Source of the DNA: Ascidiella aspersa
Lineage: Eukaryota
Assembly (NCBI GenBank): GCA_963924565.1
Contig: OZ004615.1
Span: 17,856,001 to 17,920,000 of the forward strand
Reading direction: 5' to 3'
DNA: 64,000 bases
Position 1 is the first letter of the stretch, and every line of letters starts with the position of its first letter. A program made the position numbers and the translations under genes. The notes under the pieces were generated by a model. It had not been told where the DNA came from and did no database searches. It saw nothing but the letters and a program-made list of their open reading frames with translations. Positions 38,923 through 53,126 of this stretch are shown here, in pieces.

Positions 38923-40659
38923 ATGACAGGACAAGATAAAGACGAGAAGAACACGTGGAAATATCAATTGTCGGGATGCTTCCGTAACAAAACCCTCTGC
39001 ATAAAAGCCTTTCTGCTCCCATGTGTATTGGCAGGTGAATAGACGAATAAGAAAGTTTGTTAAAAGTCACCTTAAATAGTTTATAGCCCGCAGACCAGTA
39101 GAGCCAACACGCGGTTCGAGGGCCGCATGCCGTCATGGTCCAGTTTTTTGCGGCTCTTTCGTTCGTTCTGTGTTTGAGATTTCTTAGGATGTACAATGTA
39201 GGCTACAGTTCCAACTTCTTTTGCTTAAGTTATTGATTATATTGTCGGTTCAAACTTATATTGTATGTTACTATATAAAATCAAGTCAATAAATTTTAGA
39301 AACTTCGACAGCGTGATGTTTTTTTTTAAGAAGTACTTAAACACCAATGATTCTATTGAATATATTATGTAATACGCAATAGTGTTAGTATGCAGCATCT
39401 ACGGTGCATAATGTCTCTTCGCGAAAACAGTTTTTGCCTATTTTACTACTTGAATATAAACAAACCTCATTTTGCACTTCCATATTGCCGTGGTACCCAT
39501 TTTTTCTAAATAGAATATTTTTGCAAATTTAACCCAGGTAAAGCAAATAAGTGTTTTTTTGCGGGCATAGTGGAGTTGTCATTATAATAGGCCCTACCCA
39601 ATGAAAAATCAGAGATTTTTAATTCCTTGTAAGGATTTGCCCCTTGAATGTACAACAATAACTAAAACTAACGTGTGTTGTTTAGGGCAAACTGCTGAAG
39701 ACACCAACCAGGGTTTCTTCGAGGAATGTTGTTTGGCCGCGCTTTGCTACCCTTGCGGCTCTTACTGCATGGCGATGACCAGACAGGCAACTAGAACTGA
39801 GAAAGGAATTGAAGTAAACTATTAATTTTTCCGAGAAAAAAAAATTAGTGTATTCGAAGGTTTTTAGTGTATACAGGGAAAACTTTTGATTCGATCCAAA
39901 GAATGTTTTACTGTAACAATCCGAATTTGCTTCACTACTTCGGTGAAAATTTAATGAATAACTTTTCCAGCTATTGTTTTCTTAACGAAATATTTATGGG
40001 GCAAATACTAAAAAAGCCTTTTTAATATTTATGCTCAAATTAAGACCTATCTTGGATTTGTAAGAAAAAAAAATATTTTTTTTAACTTTTGTCATCACTA
40101 TATCCATACGAAATTTATCAAACTTTCTTAGACAAATTCGTGTAAAATGAATTTAAAATTCACATAAGCTACAAGCATTTTTCTATTTTCTACCTTCAGG
40201 GCACGTTCGCAGATGATTGTCTTGCATCGTTGTGCTGTCCTTGCTGCACTCTTGTACAAATTAGAATGGTGAGAAATAAATGCATCAGAAGTAGTAATAT
40301 TAAAAACCAACTTGTGTAACCGATGTCAAGCCACGTTATTTCAACACTATACAAAATAAATTTAAGTGTGACAACAAAAATACAGTTATTTTGAATTATT
40401 AGCACTAACCACTAATAAATAATAATAATTAAACACCATTGTCAGGTAACGAGGTACTGCGTAAAATCTGAACTTAACCAAAAAGTTTACAAATACCCAA
40501 TAATAGTAGTCGGTTGAAGAACTTTTTTTATTTATACATTATATTAAAAGTTACCGTAGGCTTATTTATAGATTTACCAAGATGTCATTGTAATCCATTA
40601 ATTTTGTTTGTGAATTACAGGAACTCGAGCACAAAGAACAACGTATTGAGCGAAGTTAA
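38923..40659 (+). CDS. PLAC8: PLAC8-family paralog B, copy 3 (115 aa)
   Basis: Exons 38923-39034, 39686-39813, 40200-40268, 40621-40659. Intact; protein identical to copy 2. Confidence 0.9.
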
Positions 40660-41669
40660 AGGCCGGGAAAAATGAGTTCGTAGATGATCTGGTTTTAAGA
40701 TCGTTTTACCCTACTTTGTAGAAATGCCACGAATTTATTTATTTTCTCTAGCTTCTTTAACAGACAAGTGTGAAGTTTTCTTGTTTTATAGATTAATTTT
40801 TATTTGTTTCTTTACCTTCGCCGAGCTGGTTAGTTTTTTTTCGTACTGAAACCTTGCATGCTATTGTGCTGAAATCTTTCCCATTTTTTCTCTTGTATTT
40901 AAGTGCGAAATGCAATGTCGTGTGCACTCTAAATGTTTGTTTTTTATGATGATCAGGTACGACCAATGGTAAAGGTATATAGGAAAGGTGTGACAGTATA
41001 GGCAAGCTTTCCTATATTCTGGACGTTATCCAGGACTATATATAAATCTTTGGAGATTTGTTTCAGAACCGTTACAAAAAAGTACGTTGATTAAGATTGT
41101 TTGAACAAGAGAGGTAACGCTAGTTTGGTCAGTAAACAAAATTAAATAAAACTCAACTTGAACTTTAGTTATTTTACGTAGGATTAGGTGTCATTCCGCG
41201 AAATTTCGTTGGCTAAAAGTAGTGCTTCGCTTGGAATCCGGGTAGCCCACTTTCTTGCAAAACAACAATAGATTGCAAATTGCTGGCGTTAATAGAACAT
41301 TGCTATTAATAAAATGTTATTTGGAAAGGTTTTGCTGCTTCAAACGTCTGGGTCTCATTTCGACGCTAGGCAGATGAATGGCAACAATGACCTTATTGGA
41401 ATTTGCCTCAAAGAAAGGTCTTCATTTGCTTAGTTATTAACATTTGTGCACCGTGGATGGATGTGTGTGCCTTTTATACAAGAATCCACAATTGCAAGCA
41501 ACTATCGTTTTTTTTGGCAAACCATCTTCGTTCATGCACCACATTGTAAACCTATAGCGGTAAACTTGCGACACTAAAAGCAACACAACTTATAGTCTTC
41601 TAAGATGAGCGTTGTAATTTCAAAACAAAAACGTTCTTCACTACAGCTGCTAAACAAAATGCCCTGTAT

Positions 41670-42277
41670 CAGGGATGGCGAACCTTTTCATCGCGCGAGT
41701 ACAAACACAACCTTAATCCTTACAAAATGCTCAAGTGGGTCATGTATTTAGTTATTTGCTTATTTTATGCGAAACTTTGATGTTGCGTCGGTTCAAGTGT
41801 TATCGTCTCGGTTGGTAACCAAGGTTTTCATACGATTTCCAAATTCGGATTCTCACAGATATTGAAACCTAAATAGTTAACAAATGCTACAGCAATTTTT
41901 ATGGGCTTACAGGAATTCAGTAGAAAGCTTTTCAGCATGGTTTATCCAGGATTTTCAGAATTTTTTAGTCTGCGAGCTCTTACTTTCCAGTTTCCCTTAT
42001 TAAAGGATCGCCACGTTTTACAGCGATAAACAAAATGCGTTTAGTGTCTGCTTTTTGCGCGCATTTGTTGAAAAGCAGTTAACGTACCGTACACCTACTT
42101 TTTTTGCACGACCCACAGATGGGCAACCCCCATTTAAATACTAAGGCTACATAGCGAAAAACTTATTTTTAAATTGATCATTTCCTGAAAATGATTGATA
42201 ACTTGTTTTTATTTCTACAGGAACAAGTGGGTCCTTAAAAATCTGTGGTGGGTCACAAAAGTGGTTCGCCATCTCTG
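41670..42277. mobile_element. hAT-type MITE (U3 copy of 19611-20223)
   Basis: Same TIRs and CCCTGTAT/CCCTATAT TSD. Confidence 0.85.
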
Positions 42278-43629
42278 CCCTATATCGAAGAAAATACTCA
42301 AGACTGCCACAAGCGACAACTTTTCAGGACACCGGATCTTCTAATAGCAAGAATAACAAGTATATAATATTAATAACAGCAAAGGCAATAAATTTTCGAA
42401 ATATGCAAGCAAGTGCTGTAACTGTACATAAAGTAACGCAACAAACCAAAGCTCCCGAGAAAGCGAATAAATACAATATTTCGTGTCTTCGTAAATAAAC
42501 AGCACTTGGGGTTAATTTTGTGTTGCGCGCTTCCTATAGACAAAACACGCAACGCATTTGCAACTGGCGTTAAATCTAAACAATCGTTTGCCACTGAATT
42601 TAGTTCCTTAGTAAAAAAGCACCTATACTTTTGCGACAGCATGGTTTCGTTTTAGTCGAGGGTTAGTCATTTGACTAAGTTTGTAATATTGAACAGTGAG
42701 GTGCTTTTATAGATGTACAACAATCACTCATATAGCATGCGTAAAGAAAATGTCCAAGCCACGAGCCAATCTAAAAACTATAGGCTCCTGTAGCATATTT
42801 ATTAAAAGCGATTTTTTTGCCTTTTTGCTAGGCTTTTTGTACTTAGTTGGAGGAGTCGTTTAGCTTTACTTTATTTTAAACGACTAAAAAAGGTTGCCGG
42901 TGAAATATTTCCATCATTTAACTAATCAGGCATGAAAAGTCTTAGGAATTATTCTAATACAAATCGTTAAATTCGCATATTATGATTGAGTAAACTCTAC
43001 TTTAAAATTGCAGTAAACCAGTAACCACAGGGGCAAATCGTCGCAACTCGCAAGACATATATAACTCGAATTAAATTAGGTATAGCGCCTGATCACACGT
43101 CTCTGGTATAAACCTTTTAAACTTAATGTCGCCCAAACAAGTGCCTGGTTTAGGCGACCGCATACAAAATGCTTTACAAAAAATAAACCGTCACTGGGCG
43201 GCGTTGGATCTTCCATAGCTCCGAAATTCGAAGGAAAAAAAAACTTGACGCGGCGCTCAGATGGCTGTATACCTTCCCATGTACTTCAAGCAGAAGCCCT
43301 GTGGCCTGTCGTGCCCACTTAAATAGTTTGGTTTCTGCATTTGTTCCAGCAGGCTCATAATCTGGCTGGCGGTCTGTTGCGCTTCGGGGACTTCCCCGCC
43401 CGCGTCGAGGCGCGTCGTTTTGCCCGGGTGGGGCTCGGAGGTGGGTGAGCGCTCGCAGGGGCTTTCACCGGACAGGGGGGCGTTGTCGGGGAGGATGTCG
43501 GGCCGCGACGCAATACGCTGTCTGACCTCATCGTCTTCGCTCATGTCTGGCCAATCGGAAGGCGAGGTTTCCGCGGTTTCTGCGCGGAAAATGGCGGGTG
43601 AAGTTTTGCGTTGCTTTGATGAGTTAAAG

Positions 43630-44116
43630 CAGTGGTTCTCAAACTGGGGCCCGCGAGCCAATTTTCTGGGACCGCGAAGCACCTAACAAAAATCAACTAG
43701 ACCTCCTGAAGGAGAACATTTTAATTTCAACGTGTTTGCGCTCGTCATCAAAAGCTACGATTAGTTGTTCATTCACGTGATTGCATGCTTTGAGCTGAAT
43801 TGTGCATTGTGACGTCATAATGGAGCGTTGTGCTAATAAGAATTACGTTTCCAGAGCTTGCTGTGCTGCCATTGTGGGTTGTACGTTCGCGGTTTAAAAC
43901 TTATCGTGATTGCTTCGCTCAAATAAAGTGATTTCGTTAGCGTTAAAATAGTAAATACGGGATCAACAAGCCTACCTAAGACTGTATGTGCACCCGTCTA
44001 ATTCTAACGTGTTATTTTATGTTTATTTATGTGTATTTTTAAGGGGACCGCGAGCAACTGAAAAAATTGCTAGGGGACCGTTGCGTAATTTTTTAGAATA
44101 AGTTTGAGAACCACTG
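43630..44116. mobile_element. hAT MITE family beta, 487 bp (U3 only)
   Basis: Perfect 16-bp TIR CAGTGGTTCTCAAACT / AGTTTGAGAACCACTG; TSD AGTTAAAG (43622-43629, 44117-44124). Interior looks unrelated to family alpha. Confidence 0.9.
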
Positions 44117-45380
44117 AGTTAAAGGATGGCGATAATATTGGGTCGTATGCGATACCCGACATGCTAGATTGGTGTTTGTTCGATAACAAGGTGGTAACTG
44201 TATCGATCTGATGCCATATTAAGTTGTGCATTTAAGTTTAAGTCATGACTTGCGACCCAATGCGTGTACAAACAAATGGTAAAAGCATATGTATAATAAA
44301 AGTTTTACAACTTATTGTTGTTCGAAGCGGCGTGCTTCTCAAGCTATTGGACTTGTAGATTTTTTTAGCGTACGCAATTATGTGTTCTGTTCGAGGGTAG
44401 GATTCTGTTGTGGAAACACGTATTAAGTTTTGATTATTTTGTTAGCAGTAATGAAGTTATTTCGATCAGAAGGCCGAATGTTTGGCTCATGATATCGCGT
44501 ATAAGTGTGTTGCACATATTGGAGACATTAGACCTGATAATTCATAATTCGACTTGTGTAGGTTGATAAATTGATACCGATCTGAAGTTAGAAATTACGG
44601 TTAGAAGAAAACAACAATATATTTTATACCTTGAAGTGATATGCTGTCGCTGATGAAGTTCGCTCCGGATTGCTTCTGTGGCGTCGAGGATAAATGCTGT
44701 TCAGCCTCGCTTTGCCTTCTTCTCTCTTTCGCGTTGACGAGAGTGCGCACGAGCGTTTGAAGTTTTTCAAGTTTTTGCTGCAAACAAAAAATAAAAGTAG
44801 ATTACTTAATAAAAGGTTACACAACAAAACAACGGTTGCTAACCATTTAAAATTGACAACCCTTTAAAAACGTAGAGAGCGCGAAAAAGTTTATATTTAC
44901 ATAGTAAATGCTGTAAAAACTAGTTATACAGGACATGGTCTGCTACTTCTACCCAGGACTGGCCCCTGTCCATTGAACTATTTAATAAACCATTTGGCTT
45001 CAAAACAGTTCTGTTATCAACTAAACTTGACTTGTGAACTTACACGAGATTTATTGAAAGATTGGAATACAACCCAAACTGTTTTATGTTGCAATAATTT
45101 AGTTTAATAAGATAAAGCCAAATAAACCTGTATGGTGCAATATTTCGGCCTTCGTTGGAATAAAACGAAATTGAATAGAAGGATTTTTTGGACAGATTTA
45201 AATCGTTCCTATGCGACCCACTTGTTGACCCTTCGCGAACCATGTTTAGGCACCACTGTTTTAGGGAACACTCGATAAAACCTTCCAGCATTTAATGCGT
45301 AATTTATTTTGCGGTCGCACTAACAGCGGGAACACAAAATAAGACCTACAAGGCAGCAATATCTTAAGCAGATTAATCTA

Positions 45381-45603
45381 CAATACCATAGCATTCCGAC
45401 GACAAAACCATCGACAATACCATAGCATTCCGACGATAAAACCATATGCAATACCATAGCACTACGACGACAAAACCATCTGCAATACCATAGCATTACG
45501 ACGACAAAACCATCTGCAATACCATAGCATTACGACGACAAAACCATCTGCAATACCATAGCATTACGACGACAAAACCATCTGCAATACCATAGCATTA
45601 CGA
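45381..45603. repeat. 34-bp minisatellite, ~6.6 copies (U3)
   Basis: Same unit and site as 33969-34633. Confidence 0.93.
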
Positions 45604-48600
45604 GAAATTGGGTTAGGGTTAAAACTATACATGACCCACCTGCATAACTTCTCGTTCTTGAGCGATGGACGAAACGTACTCGTCCTTCTCGTGATGACGC
45701 TGCTTGAGCAGCTGACGTTGGTTGTGGTAGAGTGTGATTTACTCGCCTGACGGTTGAAAGAAACGAAACATTAAACACTTACCACACCATAGAAATGTGC
45801 CCTAAAACCGAGAAATCTACTGGTAAAAACATCACGCGCTATTCTGGGTACAATCCCAGTTATATGGACAAGTTGTGGACATCATTGTATGTGGAATGCC
45901 GTACATTTATTCAATTCAGCGATATAAACTTGTTTTATATTTGAGTACCGTGAGAGGAAATTATTAAGATGGGTAATCTTAAATCAGTAAGTGTAAAAGT
46001 GTTTAAACTGTATGCAATTTATTTGAAACGTTCAGTATTAAGGCATATAATAAGTTTTTTAGAGCACTCGTACAGCCCACATTGTGTGTGGCCCGCGAAC
46101 AATACGCACATAACGTTGTATCCCCGGATGCTGACAATCTTGGGACCATCAAGCACTTTATCAAGCGCCTATCGTACATGTCGAGTTTCACAGTTTTGTA
46201 ATGAATCAACGATTCGAATTCTTTTGTGGGCTGCAAAAAGCCGACAAACGTCGCTTTCCTAACGTAAATTTATTTATATCACACCGACAACGATTCTTTA
46301 AGTTCACTCTCCAATCAAACACGCAAGTTAAAAACGTTGGCCATTTCGATCCATGTTGTTGTAGTTGATTTTTTGCCAGTTTTAAACGCTAGCCGTTATC
46401 TTACCGATGGTGTCGCACTCGTTTTGCAGCAGCAAATTGATGTGTTCGAGCTCCTCCACTTTGCTCAGGGCGTCCACCGTCTCCGTCATTACTTTGGGAA
46501 AGCGATCCTAGAGCAAAACCAAAAAAAAAATTCATAAACTGACAGGTTTTGTCTATTCTACGGGAAGATTTGGGATTCATTGAATGAATGCCAGTGACCA
46601 AAAATACTTAAGAGTGTGGTGATACTTGGATAGCTTAGTGCCTTTTTATTAACTCAAACACGTCAAATGCACGAAGCACGAATTAGAACGCCAAAACTTG
46701 CAATTGTCACCCGGCGATATTTCACGCAATAACATTACGATAAAGGCTATAGACAAATTAGATACTCCGACTGAAGTACCAATTTCTTAGGCACTGTTAA
46801 AGTTTTGTCACTGCAAAGAATTGAACAGCAACTAAAAGAGTACCAGTCAATGCTGAATTCTGTATCAGCTCTACCACGATAGTAAATATTAAAATAAATC
46901 TCTTACCTTCTGCTTGGAGCAAAATTTTCATTGTAATCAAACGGACGTTACAAGGTTTGCCACATATATATTTCAAATAATTGAGAAGATATTCACATAA
47001 AATTTATATATTTTCAAAGACCTAAATCGAACGGACGTTACAGCAATTACCACATATATATTTGAAATGATTTCAAAGCTATTCATATAAAATTTATTGG
47101 TTTTCAAAGATCTAAATTTGGAGGCACCTGATGGTAAAATAATCAAAAATAGTGGTTTGGTCTGTTGCGTAAATATTAAAATTGTAGTTATTTTTGGTTA
47201 AGTAATACTAAAAGGCTTACATAATCCATATAAGCGTGGTCCAACTATGTTTAGTAGGGCGGGTCGCGAAAAAACTTTTTTTTCAAATCCACCTGCCTCA
47301 TATGGATTTTGATAGATAGACACCTAAAACCGTTTTATACAAAGTTTAAGCTCATTTGAACATGTATTGGTGTGAGGAAATCGAGTTGAATTTTTGCCGA
47401 AAATCGCAAAATCGGGTAAAAATGCGAAAATTTAGGTTATGTTTAATCCATATTTTTTAAGTGAAATTCATTTGCTATGACCTTATTCTTGTTTTTTAGA
47501 CAGTTATGGAATAACTGAAGCAAGGTAGATCTGCAGAGATTACATTTTAATATTTATTTGCAGTAGTATTAAAAGTTGGATTTTTTGCAAAAAATCGCAA
47601 AATTTATAAAAAGGCAAAATTTTGGATTGCCTGCAAACAGTAGTTTTCAAATCAAACATGACTTTAAATTAATGTACGATTTACTCAATTGTCTGACCCC
47701 CTTCTTGCGAAACACTGTCCCAAAGTGAAACAAGTAAGTCTGTGACAGTTTTGGAAATTACCGACTTATTTTTGGAAACATACTTTACGGGGAAACATTC
47801 CAAGGAGAATAAACGAGGTTTATTTAGTTTACAAGCTAGTTCTCGCTATGTCGTACGTGACCCAGCCAACGTAAGCGCGAAGTAACTTGAAGGCAATTTT
47901 CCATGGCCTTTTCGAAATGCCACAGGTTCTTTTTTGTTTGTTGGTCGTTTTCATCCCCCTGGTTAACAACAGCACAAGGCCAGTTTATATCGGCGCTTTG
48001 AACGAAACTAAATATATCCATTGGTTTTTCGGATTCTTTAAAACTTTCCGACGACAATCCGAGTGTCAATCAAAACTCACCGTTGCTTTGTTGAAAAATC
48101 TTTACGGAGTTTTCCTTTGTGATTACCTGAAACTTTTTTGTTTGTTCGTAGCCCGCAGATCGCTTACTGCGCCTTTTGTTTTGCCTTGCGTCTCTACAAC
48201 AGTAATATCTATTTTAAAATTGGTTTCGACACAATGTAAACAGAGCAGCTGGAAACCACCCTGCAATTTCTAACGCTCGAAGGTGGTGGCGTCTGTTGTA
48301 TTTGGCTATAGAACCCAATTTTATCGATGTCGCCACACGAAGAATCAACATTACGTGAATAGGGCTTTTTTTTTAATTTTTCCCGATTTCAAGCTTCAAA
48401 GAAAAATACCGTCGAATGTATGTAAATTTGTAGGTATATATATATAGGAAATGTTTTTTAAAACGAGACTCTATTGAATTTCGTGACGAGACAGCACGTG
48501 AAATACACGTCGGGCCTGTCATGGATGTAGGTTAATCGGCAAAGCGCATAGCAGTCAGTGGCGGACATTAGGTGTAACTGTTGGAAGTTGGACTATAGGT

Positions 48601-49640
48601 GCAATCAACAGTCATTATCGTTGACAATTAATTACAACTACAGCCACTTGTTAAGTCCCTGTAACATCGGCTCCGACAGATTTGGAATTCATAGCTAATA
48701 TAATTGGCCCAAATGACTATTTTAAGATTTCTGTGTGATACAATAGTAGCAGCTTTCAAAAGCTATAGATTAGCAAAACGTCGTCATAAAACAGGTAACC
48801 GCGTTACTGAGATTTAGGTTTTTAATCTGATCTAAACAATATTTCTTCTGAGTTTTAGTCAGCCTAAGCGTATTTGAAATTAAGTGTAACAATGGGAAAT
48901 ACTCACCGAATCTGTCGATCAATGATGCAAGCAAGGCAGGCCAGAAAAACAACCAGCCCGCAGTGAGGTTCGAGCCCACGACCTCCGGTCATACAGGACC
49001 TTTGGTCATACCGGGCCGTTGCTCTAGAAAAGAGTGAGCTATACACCGGCATAGAGAGGAGCGAGTCGAGAAACAACCATACGCTAATACCTGCTGCATT
49101 CTGTTAGTACAAGCAACTTCATATTGAAGGGAATCAACAGTATCGTATCATTCAATAAAAGACACACACATGTGGGTTTAATAACAACTGTGATATAGCC
49201 CCTCAGAAGCTGTTTTTTGACCAACGATACGGAAGCCATAATCGTTTGTCAAAAAGCAGCTTACGAAGGGCTAGATCACAGTTGTTATTAAACACATATG
49301 TGTGAGTGTCTTAATTCCCTTCATTTATCAAGATAGCATTACTTAATTATAACCAGAAGAACTCAAAACGGAGACCCTGAACACAAAACTTCGTTCACTT
49401 AATCCAGCACTTGACTGAACTAAAACAATATATGGCTGCTTATTGTCAATCGACAAAATTCGTTTTCGGTTGGTTTTACAATTCGTTAAATGTCTCAGAT
49501 ATTTCTTATTTTGTGTATAATAAAACTAAGATTCTGTTAGGCCTAATAGTACTACTACGAGACCCAAACAAACTGACGCAAACTTAGCGTATGACCACAA
49601 TTTTTTTGTTTTAGTTTCACCATTATAGTTATTGGCGATA

Positions 49641-51398
49641 ATGACAGGACAAGATAAAGACGAGAAGAACACGTGGAAATATCAATTGTCGGGATGCTTC
49701 CGTAACAAAACCCTCTGCATAAAAGCCTTTCTGCTCCCATGTGTATTGGCAGGTGAATAGACGAATAAGAAAGTTTGTTAAAAGTCACCTTAAATAGTTT
49801 ATAGCCCGCAGACCAGTAGAGCCAACACGCGGTTCGCGGGCCGCATGCCGTCATGGTCCAGTTTTATGCGGCTCTTTCGTTCGTTCTGTGTTTGAGATTT
49901 CTTAGGATGTACAATGTAGGCTACAGTTCCAACTTCTTTTGCTTAAGTTATTGATTATATTGTCGGTTCAAACTTATATTGTATGTTACTATATAAAATC
50001 AAGTCAATAAATTTTAGAAACTTCGACAGCGTGATGGTTTTTTTTAAGAAGTACTTAAACACCAATGATTCTATTGAATATATTATGTAATACGCAATAG
50101 TGTTAGTATGCAGCATTTTACAATAATATAACGGAGCAAGAAATGTATGTGTACAATGTCTCTTCGCGAAAACAGTTTTTGCCTATTTTACTACTTGAAT
50201 ATAAACAAACCTCATTTTGCACTTCCATATTGCCGTGGTACCCATTTTTTCTAAATAGAACATTTTGCAAATATAACCCAGCTAAAGCAAATAAGTGTTT
50301 TTTGCGGGCATAGTGGAGTTGTCATTATAATAGGCCCTACTCAATGAAAAATCAGAGATTTTTAATTCCTTGTTCGGATTTGCCCCTTGAATGTACAACA
50401 ATAACTAAAACTAACGTGTGTTGTTTAGGGCAAACTGCTGAAGACACCAACCAGGGTTTCTTCGAGGAATGTTGTTTGGCCGCGCTTTGCTACCCTTGCG
50501 GCTCTTACTGCATGGCGATGACCAGACAGGCAACTAGAACTGAGAAAGGAATTGAAGTAAACTATTAACTTTTCCGAGAAAAAAAATTAGTGTATTCGAA
50601 GGTTTTTAGTGTATACAGGGAAAACTTTTGATTCGATCCGATGAATGTTTTACTGTAACAATCCGAATTTGCTTCACTACTTCGGTGAAAATTGAATGAA
50701 TAACTTTTCCAGCTATTGTTTTCTTAACGAAATATTTATGGGGCAAATACTAAAAAAGCCTTTTTAATATTTATGCTCAAATTAAGACCTATCTTGGATT
50801 TGTAAGAAAAAAAATTATTTTTTTTTAACTTTTGTCATCACTATATCCATTCGAAATTTATCAAACTTTCTTAGACAAATTCGTGTAAAATGAATTTGAA
50901 ATTCACATAAGCTACAAATTTCTATTTTCTACCTTCAGGGCACGTTCGCAGATGATTGTCTTGCATCGTTGTGCTGTCCTTGCTGCACTCTTGTACAAAT
51001 TAGAATGGTGAGAAATAAATGCATCAGAAGTAGTAATATTAAAAACCAACTTGTGTAACCGATGTCAAGCCACGTTATTTCAACACTATACAAAATAAAT
51101 TTAAGTGTGACAACAAAAATACAGTTATTTTGAATTATTAGCACTAACCACTAATAAATAATAATAATTAAACACCATTGTCAGGTAACGAGGTACTGCG
51201 TAAAACCTGAACTTAACAAAAAAGTTTACAAATACCCAATAATACTAGTCGGTTGAAGAACTTTTTTTATTTATACATTATATTAAAAGGTACCGTAGGC
51301 TTATTTATAGATTTACCAAGATGTCATTGTAATCCGTTAATTTTGTTTGTGAATTACAGGAACTCGAGCACAAAGAACAACGTATTGAGCGAAGTTAA
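49641..51398 (+). CDS. PLAC8: PLAC8-family paralog B, copy 4 (115 aa)
   Basis: Exons 49641-49752, 50429-50556, 50939-51007, 51360-51398. Intact. Confidence 0.9.
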
Positions 51399-52513
51399 AG
51401 GCCGGGAAAAATGAGTTCGAAGATGATCTGGTTTTAAGATCGTTTTACCCTACTTTGTAGAAATGCCACGAATTTATTTATTTTCTGTAGCCTCTTTAAC
51501 AGACAAGTGTGAAGTTTTCTTGTTTTATAGATTAATTTTTATTTGTTTCTTTACCTTCGCCGAGCTGGTTAGTTTTTTTTTCGTGCTGAAACCTTGCATG
51601 CTATTGTGCTGAAATCTTTCCCATTTTTTCTCTTGTATTTAAGTGCGAAATGCAATGTCGTGTGCACTCTAAATGTTTGTTTTTATGATGATCAGGTACG
51701 ACCAATGGTAAAGGTATATAGGAAAGGTGTGACAGTATAGGCAAGCTTTCCTATATTCTGGACGTTATCCAGAGCTATATATAAATCTTTGGAGATTTGT
51801 TTCAGAACCTTTACAAAGAAGTACGTTGATTAACATTGTTTGAACAAGAGGTGACGCTAGTTTGGTCAGTAAACAAAATTAAATAAAACTCAACTTGAAC
51901 TTTAGTTATTTTACGTAGGATTAGGTGTTATTCCGCGAAATTTTGTTGCTAAAAGTAGTGCTTGGCTTGGAATCCGGGTAGCCCACTTTCTTGCAAAACA
52001 ACAATAGATTGCAAATTGCTGGCGGTAATAGAACATTGCTATTAATAAAATGTTATTTGGAAAGGTTTTGCTGCTTCAAACGTCTGGGTCTCATTTCGAC
52101 GGTAGGCAGATGAATGGCAACATTGACCTTTTGGAATTTGCCTCAAAGAAAGGTCTTCATTTGCTTAGTTATTAACATTTGTGCACCGTGGATGGATGTG
52201 TGTGCCTTTTAGAAAAGAATCCACAATTGCAAGCAACTATCGTTTTTTTTTGTAAACCATCTTCGTTCATGCACCACATTGTAAACCTATAGCGGTAAAC
52301 TTGCGACACTAAAAGCTAAAAGCAACACAACTTATAGTCTTCTAAGATGAGCGTTCGTAAGTAAAGGCAAATAAAAATGCTTGGTACAATCGGCAACCAT
52401 GGCACCGAATAAATTCTCTATTAATGGAAACATGTTGCTACACACTTGTATCGATTAGTTATTTCGAAACAAAAACGTTCTTCACTACAGCTGCTAAACA
52501 AAATGCCCTGTAT

Positions 52514-53126
52514 CAGGGATGGCGAACCTTTTCATCGCGCGGGTTACAAACACGATCTTAATCCTTACAAAATGCTCAAGTGGGTCATGTATTTAGTTAT
52601 TTGCTAATTTTATGCGAAACTTTGATGTTGCGTCGGTTCAAGTGTTATCGTCTCGGTTGGCAACCAAGGTTTTCATACGATTTCCAAATTCGGATTTTCA
52701 CAGATATTGAAACCAAAATAGTTAACAAATGCTACAGCAATTTTTATGGGATTACAGGAATTCAGTAGAAAGCTTTTCAGCATGGTTTATCCAGGATTTT
52801 CAGATTTTTTTAGTCTGCGAGCTCTTACTTTCCAGTTTCCCTTTAAGCTTAAAGGATCGCCACGTTTTACAGCGATAAACAAAATGCGTTTAGTGTCTGC
52901 TTTTTGCACGCATTTGTTGAAAAGCAGTTAACGTACCGTACACCTACTTTCTTTGCACGACCCACAGATGGGCAACCACGATTTAAATAGTAAGGCTACA
53001 TAGCGAAAAACTTATTTTTAAATTTATCATTTCCTGAAAATGATTGATAACTTGTTTGTATTTCTACAGGAACAAGTGGGTCCTTAAAAATCTGTGGTGT
53101 GTCACAAAAGTGGTTCGCCATCTCTG
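52514..53126. mobile_element. hAT-type MITE (U4 copy of 19611-20223)
   Basis: Same TIRs and TSD. Confidence 0.85.

Larger units (their letters stand above)
43257..46507 (-). pseudogene. GOLGA2: GOLGA2/GM130 3' fragment, unit 3 (disrupted)
   Basis: Exons 46507-46405 (extra T>P change), 45746-45640 (TAA at 45741-45739), 44777-44630 and 43579-43257. First exon replaced as in U1. The last exon is the most divergent copy. Confidence 0.85.
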
